From contig OZ281500.1 of the NCBI GenBank assembly GCA_965637545.1, positions 21,886,001 through 21,950,000 of the forward strand: a DNA stretch of 64,000 nt, in the 5' to 3' direction. Origin of the DNA: Phallusia mammillata (lineage: Eukaryota). The translations under genes and the position numbers were made by a program. Position 1 is the first letter of the stretch. Each line of letters starts with the position of its first letter. The notes beneath the pieces are model-generated. The model was not told the DNA's origin. It saw only the letters and a program-made list of their open reading frames with translations, and did no database searches. Below are positions 36,601-51,900 of the stretch, piece by piece.

Positions 36601-39600
36601 CAAACCGTATAGAAACGCAGTCTTTGTTTCTCTCAAACACACAAAAAACCGCTTGTCACATCAATTGAAAAGGAGGAAAAACAAGAACAAACTTAAACAC
36701 ATTAAGATTGACAGTTGAATATCTGCACGATCAAAACCTCCTGTGGGCCAAGATAAGAACTAAACCAATTTAAGACAACATATGATAATCCCAGCATGAG
36801 TTCGTTTTAATATGGTTCAAAACAAGCGAAAAGCTTCGGTTAAGCCCAGCCGATCTTACTACTAAATTACGTGTGCCCACGTAGAAGTCTTTATACTTAG
36901 GCCGGGGTACTTTCAATTGGACAAAAATTTTAGATTGCAAAACCCATATCGTACTTTATATCAACTATTTTGGAAGATGCGTTTTTTTTTTTCTAAAAGG
37001 TAGTAGATTTCAAATTAGTTTTGAATATTTCAACGAGTTTGTTTTGCAACTTATAAATTTGTCTCTTTATTTGGCTGTTGGCATCAGGTACAATGGAACC
37101 TTTTTCATGTCACCTGGTCAAGCTAATGCCCAATACCACAACGTTATCGATTGCAGCAAGTTTGCAATATTTTTTATACTTTGGCAAAGATTTTTATAAA
37201 TTTAGAAGCCAAACCACCTATTGCGGTAACTTCAGTGGCTATTTTAGCATTCCGGCGACCTACTACAGGAACTTGTTACAAGGGGGTTAAACCACAACAA
37301 CTGGCGGGTTAAAGGAACGTCGGCGCCAGCTCGGAATCTAATTTTTTCCGGTCTTTCCGGCACTAGACTGCCCGAAGTCACGAAAGATCGCGACAATATA
37401 CACTTAACATGAAAAGTGCTTCCTATACCGCCACTGGTCACATTCCTGCACAAGCAAAACTCATGTGCCAAATAGCTTGAAACAAAGTGGTAAGAGCTTA
37501 AGCATACGGACAATGTTTTGTGGCGCCCTTCCTGTGCTATACGAGGCCTGGAAAAGTTTTGACTTGGGCTGGTGTTTCCCTGAAGAGAGAGTAGCTCGCT
37601 TAAGGGTTGTGTCACGCTGTTGAAAACCGAAGTGATTTCACCCCAAAATGGTACGGCGCCTGTGTTTGCTTTACAAATGTCTCTGCATTAGGGTATCGTG
37701 TACCCCCGCAGAGCCTTGTAAAGCGTCGCGGGTTGCTTGATTTTGATCGCCGGAGCTCTTAACATCTGTCCAAGCATCGCATTCTGTTTGTTGTAAGTCC
37801 TCTGCCACTCGCTTTGTGCCAAACCGGAATGTGGAGAACACTGAACTTTTAGTTAATGTTGAGATTTCCATCACAAGGCACCAATGCCTCGGCGGCAATT
37901 TACATTTTTGCGAGACGAACAGTCGATAAGACGTCTTGATTCGATTCGGATTAGGTGCAGGTCTGGTGAATTAGCAGCAATTTCGACTGCTATGACCCGC
38001 GATAGCGATTGCTTCGTCCTTGTCTTCGCGAAACTCGAAAAAAGATAGCGCCTGGTCTTCATTCCAACACGATACTTGCATCAACGCGTAACCACCGGCC
38101 GTCGTTTTACAGACTTTTGAAAATGATGATGTCATTCGAAATGTCGTGTAATACGCATGTGCAAGTAGATTGCAGCTGCATAAACATCATCCAATCTTTG
38201 TTCTAACTTGACTGCATGATTTACAAGTTCAACTTGAAACTGGGAACAACATTGGATTTTCATGTTAAGTTACAAAAAGAACAAACAATTTACAAGAACA
38301 TAGGCTTGGACATCAAATCATCAAACAAGACCATTTTTCTCGTCGAACGAACGAACGAAAGATTTTGTGTTATAATTCAGCTTATAACAAACAAGTGCAC
38401 TATTTACAGATGATTGGCAACGAATTTTTAACTATTTACTTGTTCCATAGAATTTAAACATTTGAGCCACGGTTACTGCGGAAAGCTCGCTCGTAAACCA
38501 GTTTTAATGGCGTATTTCAACAGTAATTTTCCATCTGTCGTTTACACAAAACTGAAGTCAAAGTATCTGGTCGTAATTTTGGATCATCACAAAGCAAGGT
38601 CAGTGCCTGTAAGTAACGTAGCGCAATCTCTAAGTGATGTGACACAAGTTCTAAGAGACGTAACTCTTGCTATGGAAGATGGCACGTGAACTTTCGGAGA
38701 GCAGGGTCGCAGTTCTCCAACACGGAGACAAAATGTTTGCCGTCGTTCGTCTGGACGTGATTTAGAGTTGAATCAACAAATTTACGCCACATGGGAATGC
38801 TACGAAACACTGCTGGGCCGAGATAAGGACTTGGGATGCGTGTGGTTTAAGAGCGAGAAATATTGCCAAACAAAACGGATTATCAGTGTTTGCACAACCT
38901 TTGAACGCGACCGGACCGAAATATTCTCTAGTTTGTCTATGTCAGTGATTTGGAAACTCAAAATGGATCAAATTTAATTGTGAAATGCTAAAAGATTTTT
39001 AACATATACGGTGCCATTTTGAGCTCAGTATTGCTGGCATAAACACATTTCTCATTACTACTTTGCCATAATATATCGGTAAACTGACTTTCCTCCAAAA
39101 ATACTAACTTTGTACAAATAGCAAATTCGAAATACGTATCTGATGTTGATGCAGTCAAAACCACATATGTGTAAAATTTGAAATAAAGATTTAGCAACAT
39201 TAAACTTTAAAGGATTAAGATACCAGATATTTTGAACCGAAACACCCAGCACTCGAAGTAGCAACACTAAGCAGCCACTGTAACCTGAATTGTCACATGT
39301 TAATTTGTGTGCAAGGACACGGTGCTTTGCCAAACAATGTCAACAATTCACAGGTTCAAAGTTAGCAAGCTTGTTGTGACCGCAGCTTTCTGAATGTGAA
39401 ACAAATTTTAGAAGCATTGATGCAGACAGGGGAAAGAATTTGGCGTTCATTGTGCTGTAGGTCAAAGAAATTTTGAACCAAGGATGGACTATCAACCAAA
39501 TAATGACCAATTACGAGAGCAAGAATCACCAATTTTCATGTTTTAAAATAAGATCACGCATTGCCTTGCAAGGTTGATAACGATGTATTATTTTATTCAC

Positions 39601-42600
39601 AAGTTTTGAATCGAGGAATATCTTTTAAGGTACACGCTCAATTGGGCATGACGTATCACCAGCAAGTCTTGCTTCCGCGTCTGTAGGCTCAGATCGCCTT
39701 CCGACAGTAAACAAGCGTCTGAAGATACAACTAGACCTCACGCTTCCCTCCATGGACACAGCTTATAACCTTTGCAGCCGCCCACGGTCCCGTAGCTCGT
39801 TAGCGAGGTCACGGCATGCCCGGTATATGACGCCGTAAGTGCGATGCAATTTGGGTGAAATTTGATGGGTGTCAAGGGACAATGGTTGTGACAAATAACA
39901 ATGTACGCTACAGGGGTTCCAGAGGCGTCAATATGATCTAAGCAATGGTGCGATTTTTAGTCGGTCTTTGAAAGCCTTAGCTTGCTGAAAACTTTTAACA
40001 TGCGGTTGGATTCGAATCCCAAGTAATTAGCCTATCGTGGATTGCAAAAGCAACAATTCTGTACAATAAGTTGTTTTACATGCAAACGTTAAAGTGGCTG
40101 CCCTGTGGCATGAGATTACTAATTAAACAGCAGAAATATTTAACACATATAAAGCCATTCTTTCAGCACATGAATATTACCTTCCTCTATTAGGTTCTCT
40201 TGAAATAACATAAAGAAGTCTTTTTAGAGACAAATATTTTGCAAATCGTTTGAAATAGTGTCAACAAAACATTTCGTGCCAGTTACGACAGTATTCTGCC
40301 ACAAGTACATCAAAACCATGAACAGGTAAAATAGTGGAAATTTGCATTCAGTCCAAAACGGAATTTGACAACGCCGCTCATGGTACAACATTGCACTTGA
40401 CATACAACAACATCTGGCCACACACATTGATTTCAATGAAGCCAAGTTTTTAAGAGTCATTATAAGGACTATTTTCTTGGTAACGCCCGAAAACCGTGGT
40501 TCACACTTCTTAGGGTCAACAGGCTCGAGCTTCACCTCGAAGCAATTATAGATTTACGCGGCACCGGCGAATCGAAATCCCCGCCAATCTCTTCCACAAA
40601 TCGCCAACGAGGCGTCAATTAAGTTCAAGTTTTATTGAGATGGTGATAAGGCCTTGGGCCCACAATCCTTGTGAAGGTAAAAAACCGCTAATGGTTGGTT
40701 GGAAGAGCATGCTCCGAGTGACAGTTGGCAAGGTATTAATGCCAGCTTGGAGACAACTGCCGCCTACATTGAGTGGCACATGCCAATTTCGAACTTTCGT
40801 CGGTACCATTGCGGTCTATTTTTGTGCGGTCTAGTAACAGAATTAACTCAAATTGCGGAATAAGTCCTTGGTTGAATTAATTGCCTGATTGAGCTTAAGC
40901 AATCCGTTGAACTTCCGCAACCTTGGACAGCGCTTTGAATGTTGAATTTGCAACAAAATGGTTTGGTGATACAGAACTCCATAGCGCAAAATTCGCTGCA
41001 ATGCCTATAGGATGCACAAAATTTTGCAGTGGGCATTTTCAGTATATGAGACCATGATTGCAATTGGTTGAAAGTGTATATTGGCTTTATGAGGTTATTA
41101 GAACAATTAAACTGCAGAGAAAATGCACATCTAAAATGTGTCCAAATTTTGGCACTGTACCAGATGTGACGGGTAATAAATTATTCAATGTAACAAATCA
41201 GAAAAGACAATGAATTAATCAATACCCCTAGAGGTTTCAAGTTAAAGAAAAACATTCATTTGCATTTTACGTTCACTAAATGTTCACATCAGCACCACAC
41301 TGCAACCAGAAACACTCTTGATTTTAAACCACAAGAGTTGAAGTAAGTTAAAACTCGAAATTTAATCAACGTCAATCATATTGACAGACACGACCACATA
41401 CATTCCGAAGGCATTTTGAAGGATCCTTCAGAAGCACCAAGTTACAGACACACGGTAACAGACGCTGTCGCCCGGGGCAACGGAATCCCGCCGGCATCAG
41501 AACCCATTATTGATGGCGTCATCGACTTATTGATGACGCACACTTGATTTGACTTCAAACTTAGACAACAGAAATAATTTTCGATAAAATTTCGCGAGAG
41601 GAAGTTTTGTCGCCGTGGGACGTTTCATGAGAACTGATTTTGGGGTGTTATTGGGGGTGGGGGGGTTCCCCTGGCGCAGTTAATTTCTACGGTGAATCAC
41701 TTTGGACTTTGGGAACGGATTTGAGCGACTTAGTACAGTGATTCAGAAACCACAGCAACTATTGATTCAATGTTCCCAACCCACGGGAGGTGATTTTATT
41801 TGTTTACAAGCAAACCCACGGCGCAGCGGACGGATATGTGAACCTATGACGTAATCGGATCGTGATGACGTAGTGTTTACACACTTTAATGGCTTGAGAT
41901 TGTCATAGTTCTCTTTACACGTATAGGAAGACCGTAAAAAGATCACGACAGTATGAAGACAAGACAATAAAAAAATTGCAATCCAATGTTTAATCAATAC
42001 TGACTTGAAAGTATAACTCAACAACTTGTAACTCAGGCCATTTGTAATGAGAACCGTCACATTGGCAATTAATATTATACTTTTTCCATTGACAACATAG
42101 AACATTGTATTTGCCACCAAAGGAACATTAAACCCGGCTTATCGCGGCAGCTTTCGGTGTTCAAAGAAGCCGACGACAGACGGGTTTTTACCTGAGAAGC
42201 CGCAATACCGATCCCCACCACAAGTTAGCCTACTGGAAGGCCCCGAAGGAGTTGGGATTCTTATTGTGGCGGCATATGGCTGCCAGGCAGACACTGGCAA
42301 GGAGGGGATCAACATCAAGGCCTCGTTCGGTGCAAGTCGTTTGGGAGTTGAACGGAAGAGAAGTGATAAAAAGCCACAGAGAAGCAACGCTAGGGCTGAA
42401 TTAGAGGGCCCAGTGTGTTTCAGTGAATTAGAGGATGTTCGGTCGATACCATATTGGGATGAAAAAATACAAATTTGTTTACTACTTTATTGCGGAAGTT
42501 CAAGATCATCATGGGAACAGACAATCTCACAGTTATTTAGTACTGACAGACCCTATGCATAGGGTTATCCAATATGTGGCAACGTTGTAAAAAAAATGTT

Positions 42601-45600
42601 TTCAATAAATTGTAATCCGAGCCGTTTTTAATACATTTTCCACTTATGATTTGAAAGTAGTTTACTGGTAAAGTTAGATTGTCCAAAAAAATATTTTTTC
42701 GCAGTTTAATTTTACCGTCTTCACCTGACGCTATACCTGGCTCCAGCACTGGCGTGACAAGCTATGGTGATGACCTGACGCTATAAGATACTATCACGTG
42801 ATCCCCCCATCCTCCCCCTGACCTAGCGGTCGTTTCCTGTCCGCGGGAGCTTTTGACAGAAAGATGAAACGTCGCAGTTCGCCTGGCGTCAGTTCAAAGA
42901 CTGAGGCGCGCCATCAAAACAAAGCCACGCGCCACACCCACAAACTCACGCACATTCGTGTTAAAGTTGCAACGTTATGTTGAAATTAAAGATAGACCGA
43001 CAAATTAATTTTCTTCATTGTAAAAAAGTCGTTAAACTAAATTTTGGTTGTCTTAGTAACATTCTTCCTTGAGTACGTTTTTTTTGCTTAATCTGTGTTG
43101 ACATAAAAGTAAAAAGCATTATTAGTTGTTTATGGCATAACTTGAAATGACAAATAAAAGGTCAAGATGTCGATAAGGCATATTTATGCTTGGTATTAGT
43201 CTCCAATATTTTGTTAAGGCAAAATGTTCGTTGTTTAATGAAATTGTAAAGCAACCTACGAAACGAGGTAGTTGAAGTTGTAAAAGTCAGAACCCCGCCT
43301 ATGTAGCAGACAATTACCCACTTTTACCAAAAATACCGTGTTTATTGGAACAACGTGCCCTGAGAGACAATCTTAGGGGGTGGTCTTGCAAACATTAAAC
43401 CAAAGATTGAATTTTACTGGCCCGAATTATTGGGCTGTAAAATCGAGAAACGCGATACAATAATCGGAGTCGTGGAACTCTATGACGTCATAGCTACCCG
43501 TTGTGTTTAAAGGTAAATGTGGAATGTGTCGCGCCTGGAAACAATGGGGGTGCGCGATTATTGGAAATATCGTGTATTTGACTCATGAAAAGACGAGTGA
43601 AATTAAATTTTACGATCAGAGAGATAAGTACTATGAAATGTATTAAAAAGAAATATGAAAAAAAATATTTTTCATGAAACATTTGCAAAAGCGAAATTAA
43701 TACTGGTGTTAACATATCATAACTTTGATTAAGAAAAAAAAACATTCATAATGATGTTTTTATTTTTTTATTGTATCTAAATTACAATTACTTCAACCAT
43801 GTTTTATTTCTAGCTTGGGGCAAAACATTTAAACGGTAGTACGCATTCCTTGTGGTCGCAAAACATATTTAGAACAAATCGCGCAGCTGCAATAACGGAC
43901 GCCTGCTGACCCAAGCATTGAGCAAACATGCTCAAGTCGAAAATTTCTCCTTTCATCTCGTTTAACTACAGTAGTCCCCTTGGCGCAAGTAAACAAGGGG
44001 AACAACGAAGCCAAGTGCTTATTTGCCCGTTGTTTTGGAACGCGACTGACGGCAAGATTTATGTGGGTCAATGATATTGTCACCCATAAATACTGAAGCT
44101 ACTTGGCAGGTTACTGAATCGTGAAAAGTGAAAACAAGGCTTACGCATGCATGATGAGCTTGACGCTGTCCCAGGAGTCCGGTTACATGTTAACAAAATA
44201 TTGGTTGAGGACGTTTAAACTTTTGTTCATATTCACACAATTCCAATTCCACAAATAGTAGTTACAGTTAATATAGCAGGTATCGCTTTATGCTTTTAAG
44301 TGTTTTACATTCATTGCTAGAAAACAATGGTTTGTGATGTTATCTACCAAAATGCCAACCAAAAAAACAACACAATTCCAGCGAGAATTTATGCTTCTTA
44401 AAATACATCGTTTTCAAACCATGTATGTAGTGTAAAATACAGCCCACATTATCACCTAAACAACAACAAAAGCAACTTAAGTCTGATTTAATACAGAGTT
44501 TGTTAAACCCAAATATCAATTTACATCTAAACGATTCCCCCATAATACTATTGAGATCTTCATTCCCTTCTCTTAAGCCATGTGCACCTGTCGTACCGGA
44601 ATTCCAAGTCAGGAATGACCGAAGCCACGAAAAAATATTGAACTCAGATATGAAACAAGATCCAGTGGTTTGTGAAGGGTTCGACATGAAAGGTTTGGCC
44701 GGGGCGGCGTATTGCCACACCTGTTCTTCACATTTATTGTTACGCTCCAGTCATAAGAGCCAGCTGGACATGGTTGCCGAATGATCTATAGACTATTTGA
44801 TTTATATGTGGGCGTTTTGATGATGGTCAAATGGTATGTTGTCATATTTGAACGTCTTCAAGGGCCCAGCTTGTTATTAAAGGGGTTCATAACATTGATT
44901 CTTTTTTACTAAATGAGTGATAAGTATGGCATTTTTGAAGAGTCTTTTGTTTCATTGTTTAATATCACCAACACCATAACACTATTAAAATATCCCCAAC
45001 TAACTGAAATGAAACCAATTATAAACTTATTTACATACAAATCAAGCGACCAAAAAATCGAAGAATCTATTCCTACGCCGAAAACATATTTTACTGAAAT
45101 TTCAACATTTTTCCTCGTTGTTTCAGTACCTGATATGTGGTGGCTGTTTGGTGTTAAGATATAGCCTTTTTAAAACAGGACAGCCTTATAAATCACAGCA
45201 TACATGTCTGCGAGATTCCAAAATACTTTGTACAAAATGTGTCAGCAAAGGGTCAGAAGGATTTCAAACCGGTGCATGGATAGATCAAAGCGACCCAGAA
45301 AAATGGACAGTAGTCGCTCTACACCCGTTCGCGAAAGTTTACAGTGGGATTAAGCCGGTCTGAAATCGGCCGACGAATCAGATCTATATTTCATCGACGC
45401 CCTAGTCTCGCAATGTTTGTTTTACTTGAGATGTCGGGCACAACACTTTCAACTGCGGTGACACCCGTCGTGTTGTGTTTTGATACCCCGTGTACATTGT
45501 TTGAACGTTTGGTTTTGTGCCACTTGTGGTAAACGATTTCGAAATTATTCCTTAACGACTGCATAGAGTATTTGTAACATGTATGTGTGTTTAATTAACT

Positions 45601-48600
45601 CGTTACGAAATGCTAGTATTTCAGTTATGTACCAATTTGCAAAAACCTAAAACCCCTGGAGCAGAAGTGGAAAGCGACATGCTATTTTTCAGCAAATGCT
45701 CATACCATCTACAGTGAAATTAAAATCCCAAAATTCGAAAGTTAAGCTTGTTTATTTTATTTTGCTTTAAATATCACTCCACACCCCACCAGCAACGTAG
45801 CACGGAGGGGGAATTTAATTTATTGTCTCGCAAATTTTTGTTGCGCCATCGTGATCATGAGATTTTCGACAGGAGAAGAGTCGATATTGTCAGGTGACGA
45901 CTGACGTCTAAGGTCTGAAGCCAACCGCCTAACTATCACTTTGAACGCATGTAACATGATTCAAAGGGGGGTTCGTAAGGAGACTTGACCTCCCCAGGTA
46001 TTTAGGAAGTTCTCAGAATTTGATGGATGTGATCGAGTATGTGGGCCAATGCTGGATATTTTACTAGGTCAATAGCACTAAGTGTATCAAAGGTTTTTCA
46101 AACGGGAACCAAGATGAACATTTATGTATTACTTGGGCCAGCTTTAAGGCGTATATGTAAACCTTTGATCACGACATATTCGGTATAAAGCTTGGCGTAC
46201 TATGATTTAAAGTGAAATTACTTGCTTAACGGCCATGTATATGGACAATGGTTACATACAATACTGTAGTAATGGCTTATGCAATATTTCTAACCTGTCA
46301 TGGACCCTGTTTTGATGGAACACAGTAATATAAGCAGCCAGACTCCCAAATTGGACAAATTATTAAAAACCAAGATCAAATGTAAGAAGCTTACTAAACA
46401 CTAGTCAATATCCTATCAGTATTCATTACTTGGTTTAACTAAAACATTCTTTGGTTTTTATTAACCTGGACAATTTAACAATTTCAGCTGGCACATCTAT
46501 GTTGATAAATTCTAAGGATAAAAGAGATTTTGCGGTTAGGGTTTAATTAAAAGTGGCACGCAAGCCAGGGTTTGTTCAAATACATCTCAAGATGTTCCCG
46601 GCTTCATTTACACAGTAACCACGTCACGTCTATGATAACGAGCAGCGGAAAAATTCCAGTTCGTGATCGCAACAAAGCACTTTGACATCGAAATTGGACA
46701 AATAGCATTTTGTCATTTCCGCGCAGTCCATATGCCACGCAGAGTATCAAAGCTGTACATTCAACTACAACATGTATTTGGTTCATATAATTAAGTTTAC
46801 GAAGACGCTGTTTGTGTTCTTGTTTACTCTGATCTGAGCTTAAAAATTGACATAATAAACAATAAAGTAAAGAATTTAAAAAAAGGCGTTTTGGAAAACA
46901 AACTCAAGTGTGTGCATGTGAAACATTTAATGGAGCCACAACACTTATATCGTCCAATGTTTAGCTATGCTGCATATAATAGTAAAATCCCCAAATATGC
47001 AACACAAAGCCCGAGGCGATTTTTCCTCAAAGTTTGACAACCGCATCAGTGATAGCGACAAACCACAGTCACGCCCTACTATTCACCACAGAGCGACAGA
47101 TATTAAATTTGCCCGCAAATAAATGACAGCTTTTGGGTCTTCCATACCTCACAATTACGGCCAAGATGCCCAGTTATTATGGCGATAAGTAACTTCTAGC
47201 AGGAGCAAGGGCGATTAAAGGGAGCCGTTCGCTTGATGTGGCGTTAAGGCAGATCATAGGAGCCGCGTTACGCTTCACATGGTCACGTGACATCCTGGGG
47301 AGCATGGGATGAGCGTTGTGACGTCACAATTGCGCCAGGTGTCGATGGAATTAGAGACTGTGTGACCTGAAAGGTCGTGACTTCCTTTCTGGGTACGCTG
47401 AACGCGTCAGGTTTGAAATAACTCTTGAAAGTATAGTTTGTGACAATGTTAAAAGTGTTCACAAAGCAATACCCCCCTCTTTTAACAGACGAGATCATTA
47501 CCAATTGCTGTCCAATTTGAGAAAATAGCTAAATACGGAAACAAGTTTTCCCACAAACCAGTAAATGTAAAGCAGACATAACTTCGCCTAAAAAGCGTCG
47601 TCAAATCCCTATTCAAATATAGACTACAATTAAAATCGACAGTGTTTCTGACCAAAGTCACAATTGAATGCAAAACCATATAAAGTCACTGTTAGGTTCT
47701 TCGTATATAACACCATCATCTTTAGAAAGAGTGTTTAAATAGACAGGAACTTTGGTTAGCATCCTCAATTCCTTATTCAAATAGAATATAATTTTCAATT
47801 TACAGTGTTTGTCGAAAAAAACACAAGCGTCTTTCGTCGAACTAAGAACTTCATAATGTCACTATTAAAGCTCTTTAAAACTAACTCAAACATCTTCAGA
47901 ACGAGTTTACAAACAGAAACATCTCACAGGACTTAATGTTAAAACGTTGTAGGAAGGATGTACCACGTCCTTTGCCGGTGATACCGTTTCCTAACAAGGA
48001 GTATTTTTCCGCTCTCACCGCATTTATAAATATATCAATCCCAGGGTAGAACTCATTACCCCTTGCTTAACCCCATTAGCTCACCTCTTCCTTATTTAAG
48101 GCAAGCATAAGGACGTGTGCCAAGTCTCAAGTATTTATGCTGACTCAGCAAAATTTTGAAACTTAATGCTAATGTTACCAGACATGAAGTAAAAAAAGAT
48201 GTTTTTAAGTGTGGTAATACCCCAGAAGGTAATAATACTTAATTTGGGAGACAAGGTATCGAATTACGTGCATCAAACCAATATGAAATCACCGCCAACA
48301 GAAGTGAATTTTTGAGCATTTAAAGATAAACACAGTTCGCTACAACAACATTGTGACACAAAATTAAAGCAAGTGTTTTGGAATGCATTTGCTCTTTTCC
48401 CGCTATAAGCTTCATAGCATATTCATGTTGAGTCCGCATAAGAATAAAGAGCAAGGTAAAGGGCCATGTCACCCTCGTCAATATTTCATCACAGTTTCGT
48501 AATCGGCTAAAAACGTGGCCGTCGTTTTTCTTGGCAAGCAAACCCATCGTAATCCATCAACAGATCATCCCACCGCGTTCTATCTAAGGCAAGGCTAAAG

Positions 48601-48848
48601 CAATAAACAAACTTGGTGGTGCTTAATAATTAAACGGAGGCTACTGTGGTACGAAACCCAAGCGGAGCCTGCAGAAGCAGTAAAAGTTCGGCTTACATTT
48701 TGAAACTCTATCAGTTCCCTTAACATGATCTTGGGTGGTTTAAGGGCTTTAAATTTTGCTTGTAAACATTACTAATGTGTACTCAATAATGGCTTATACT
48801 GTATCTGTGGACATCAAAAGCCCTAAAGAAGAATTCCTTGGTTGACTT

Positions 48849-48985
48849 CAGAGTTGCAAGCGGGCCTGAAATTTGGGGCCAATTCCGAAAGAATAAAAGC
48901 TCATTTTTTCAATACAAAGCCCGAACTAGGCCTAAAGTGAGTGCAATTGCGGCACAAATGAGGCGGAGTTTGAAATCAGGCTTAG
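48849..48985. mobile_element. Degenerate or truncated relative of the 13889 MITE (one terminus only)
   Basis: Begins cagagttgcaagcgggcc, the reverse complement of the right end of the 13889 element; its internal segment also resembles ~8425-8490 (minus strand). Confidence 0.7.
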
Positions 48986-51900
48986 ATCATACCAGTTTCA
49001 ATTACATTCAAGGCAGAGCCTGAACCGACTGGTAACTGTTCCAAAACGCCAACACATTTATGCAACATTCGCATTGAGATAAAGCGAAGAAATCCACATA
49101 AAGGATAATTTGCAAAGGTATGTAATACCGATGCCACCTATGCCAGATTGTTCCAGGGCCAATTACGGGGTCCTCGTTAGTAGGTCTCGCCGCAAGCTAA
49201 TGATGCAAACGTGAATAAAGCTGCTCCCTCGAGAGGAACGGAGCAAACGGGAGAGAAAGTGAGAGGTAGAGCAGCAAAGGGTGAAAGGTGTTCTGGTGAC
49301 CTGTGGAAATTGGAAGTTAACGCTCCTGGGTCAATTACCGCAAGAGATTAAGGGTTTATCCGCGGATGATTCAGCTTTTGACACCCTCTTAGGCCTAGCT
49401 TGGAAGTTAAGTTACGCTTTCCGGTAACCTTAGCAGCTTTTGCAAAATTGGTATACGTATGCATACTAGTACTTTAAACTTGAAAATACACTGAACCAGC
49501 TCGTTTCCTGGCGGGTAAATCGCTCAAAATCTTAAGGCAAATGAATTAATGTTTTCATGAACCGGAGTCCGTATACGTACTAGGAACATTTAAAGATCAA
49601 ATAATTGCATCAAGTCACTGTTTTTAAACGTCTCATAAAGAAAGGAGCATGATTTTGACTTGCCACGGAAAGTTCTGTAAAAGCTACGGGCGTTAAACGA
49701 TAGCTTGTGTAACCACAATTGGTGCAATCGCTTCGATGGAAAGGAATTTTAGTGTGAAGAACGATTGAACGATACTTGACCGCAAGTAACTTTCCCGTCG
49801 CATTAATCCGACACTTTGACTTGCGCTCATCCGGTGTGTGTAACCTGTCAATCATTTCAAGGACTGCAAGCTAACTTACCCACGATGCTGGTGCTTAAGC
49901 ACTTGGGAAAAAATGGACGGATAGCACGGAGGTCCCTTTTCCGTCGTGCTGTTATCACCACAGTGCAATGCTTTTGGTGCAAACAATACTGACTGTCGCC
50001 TTTTGGGAAGTGTTGGTGGTAAAGGTAAAGGTTATGCCAATCCTTGTGCAAAAGCGTATTGTTGGAGTCATCAGCCAATTAGTTGTGTTTTGAACACACA
50101 GCCACACACGTATGGTCTCAAGGCTTGTTAAAGCGTAAGGGTTTACAACACATACCTTTGAAATTGCTAAGAAGCAATACTAAAGAGTTGTTACGCATGG
50201 CTTAACACGGGTTCAGGCGTAAACATCTCAACATTGTCGCAAATCTTTAAACTATAATTCACTAACTGAGGTATGTGGAGTTTTTTCACCAGACAAAATT
50301 ATTCTAATAACGTAGATAAGACAGCAATTTACGATTTGAATCGCTAGAGTGGCCATTTGCCTTTTGAAGAAGACTGAAAATGACCGAAGGCCAACCAAAG
50401 TACCGCAATAAGTCTGGACAAATGTGAAGGCCCTCTGTAATTCGAAACCAAAACGATGGTCGTTAAACTAGGCGGAAAAACGTCAAATTGTGATCAAGTC
50501 GGCGCCGACCGCTATGAACAATTTCGTATGAGTAACAAAGCATTTATTTGCTGTTGAATGTTGATGTACAGTGTAAAGCGAAAGTATAAATTGCGTCGCA
50601 ACATTTGTATGAAGAATATTGCTAAAATGTTTTCATATTGTCGATACAGTATGACGTAACGAGTCGATCCTCAAGTTGAATTACGTCATCATCTTTTGGT
50701 CTGAGTTTGAAGTTGACGTCATTACAACATATTACGACAGACTACGTCATCAAGACTAAAAACTTGTCACATAAACACTGAGCAAATAATCAGTTCAAAC
50801 AATAAGAAATAGTCGAACACGCCAAAGCTTTAATATTCTTTGAAAGTTAGTTTGTAGAGTTTAAACTTATGTATTATATCGCGAATTGGGTTAGGAATGA
50901 TGCAGTGGCATATGCGATGAAAGACTTAGCCAAACCAGAGACGAGGCTTTGAGAGAAAAGTCCTCACTTTACTGGGCTAATGTCAAACCAAGATCGATCA
51001 TCATCGGAGGGGGACAAGAAAAAAACACCCCTCCCTCTCAGCCCGCCTCGACGCCGCGTTTTAACTGAATTTGCTAGCTTGTCGCGTCTGGAAAGTAACT
51101 GAAAAATCGATCCTTCGAATCAACAAACCATTATGGCAGGAGCCAACCGAACTTTCTTCAAATTGGAAAGTCAGACAACTGTCGTTTGAAAAGTTGTCGG
51201 GTTTGAAGTAACCGATTTTATTTGTCAGCAACTTCGCTGGACATGTGATGTGAAAACTGAAACCGTTTTAGCCCACATATATTTGCTACAAAGTTTGGAG
51301 TAAAGCGGTAATTAAACTTGAACATTTTTATCGATCAAATTTCCAAAAAGTTATGTCATATCCAAAGATTTAATAACAATTAGTTGATAATGCTTTGCTT
51401 CACTTTAACATGTTGAACAATCTTCGTTTGTCAAAAATTGTCTGCATTTTCGGAAAACAAAAAGTAAAGTACACAAAGGAGATTGCAAATTTAGTTTCAA
51501 TCATAAAGAAATTGAAAACATCAAATGTCCAAAAGTATGTAAGGCTATTATCAACGTTTAGAGCTCATTACAGCAACATCAATAAGTCATCTTTACTAGA
51601 AGCGAAGATTGAATTGATTTCCGACCCGAAAAACGCTTTATGAGTCATTTCAACAAGAGATTGATCCCTCCCCTAGTGTGCACCCCCCACAATACCAAGA
51701 GCAGTCGCCGTCGGAAAGAATCCAATTATGACGTTAAGCAGGAATAGCGAAAATTGGAAACTGAATTATCGTAATTCGTTTAGAGCCAAGAGCATCGAGT
51801 AGCGACAAGGCCACGGCCACCCCGGCTTCTGAAAACACGATTTTGATAATGAACTTCGTCGAACTTGAGGAATTGAATTCGTGGGAAGCAAAAACAGAAG

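Noticed and set aside
42830-42843. 14-nt match (acctagcggtcgtt) to the LTR 3' end, as a solo-LTR remnant
   Set aside because: No extension on either side and no TSD; a match of this length is plausible by chance
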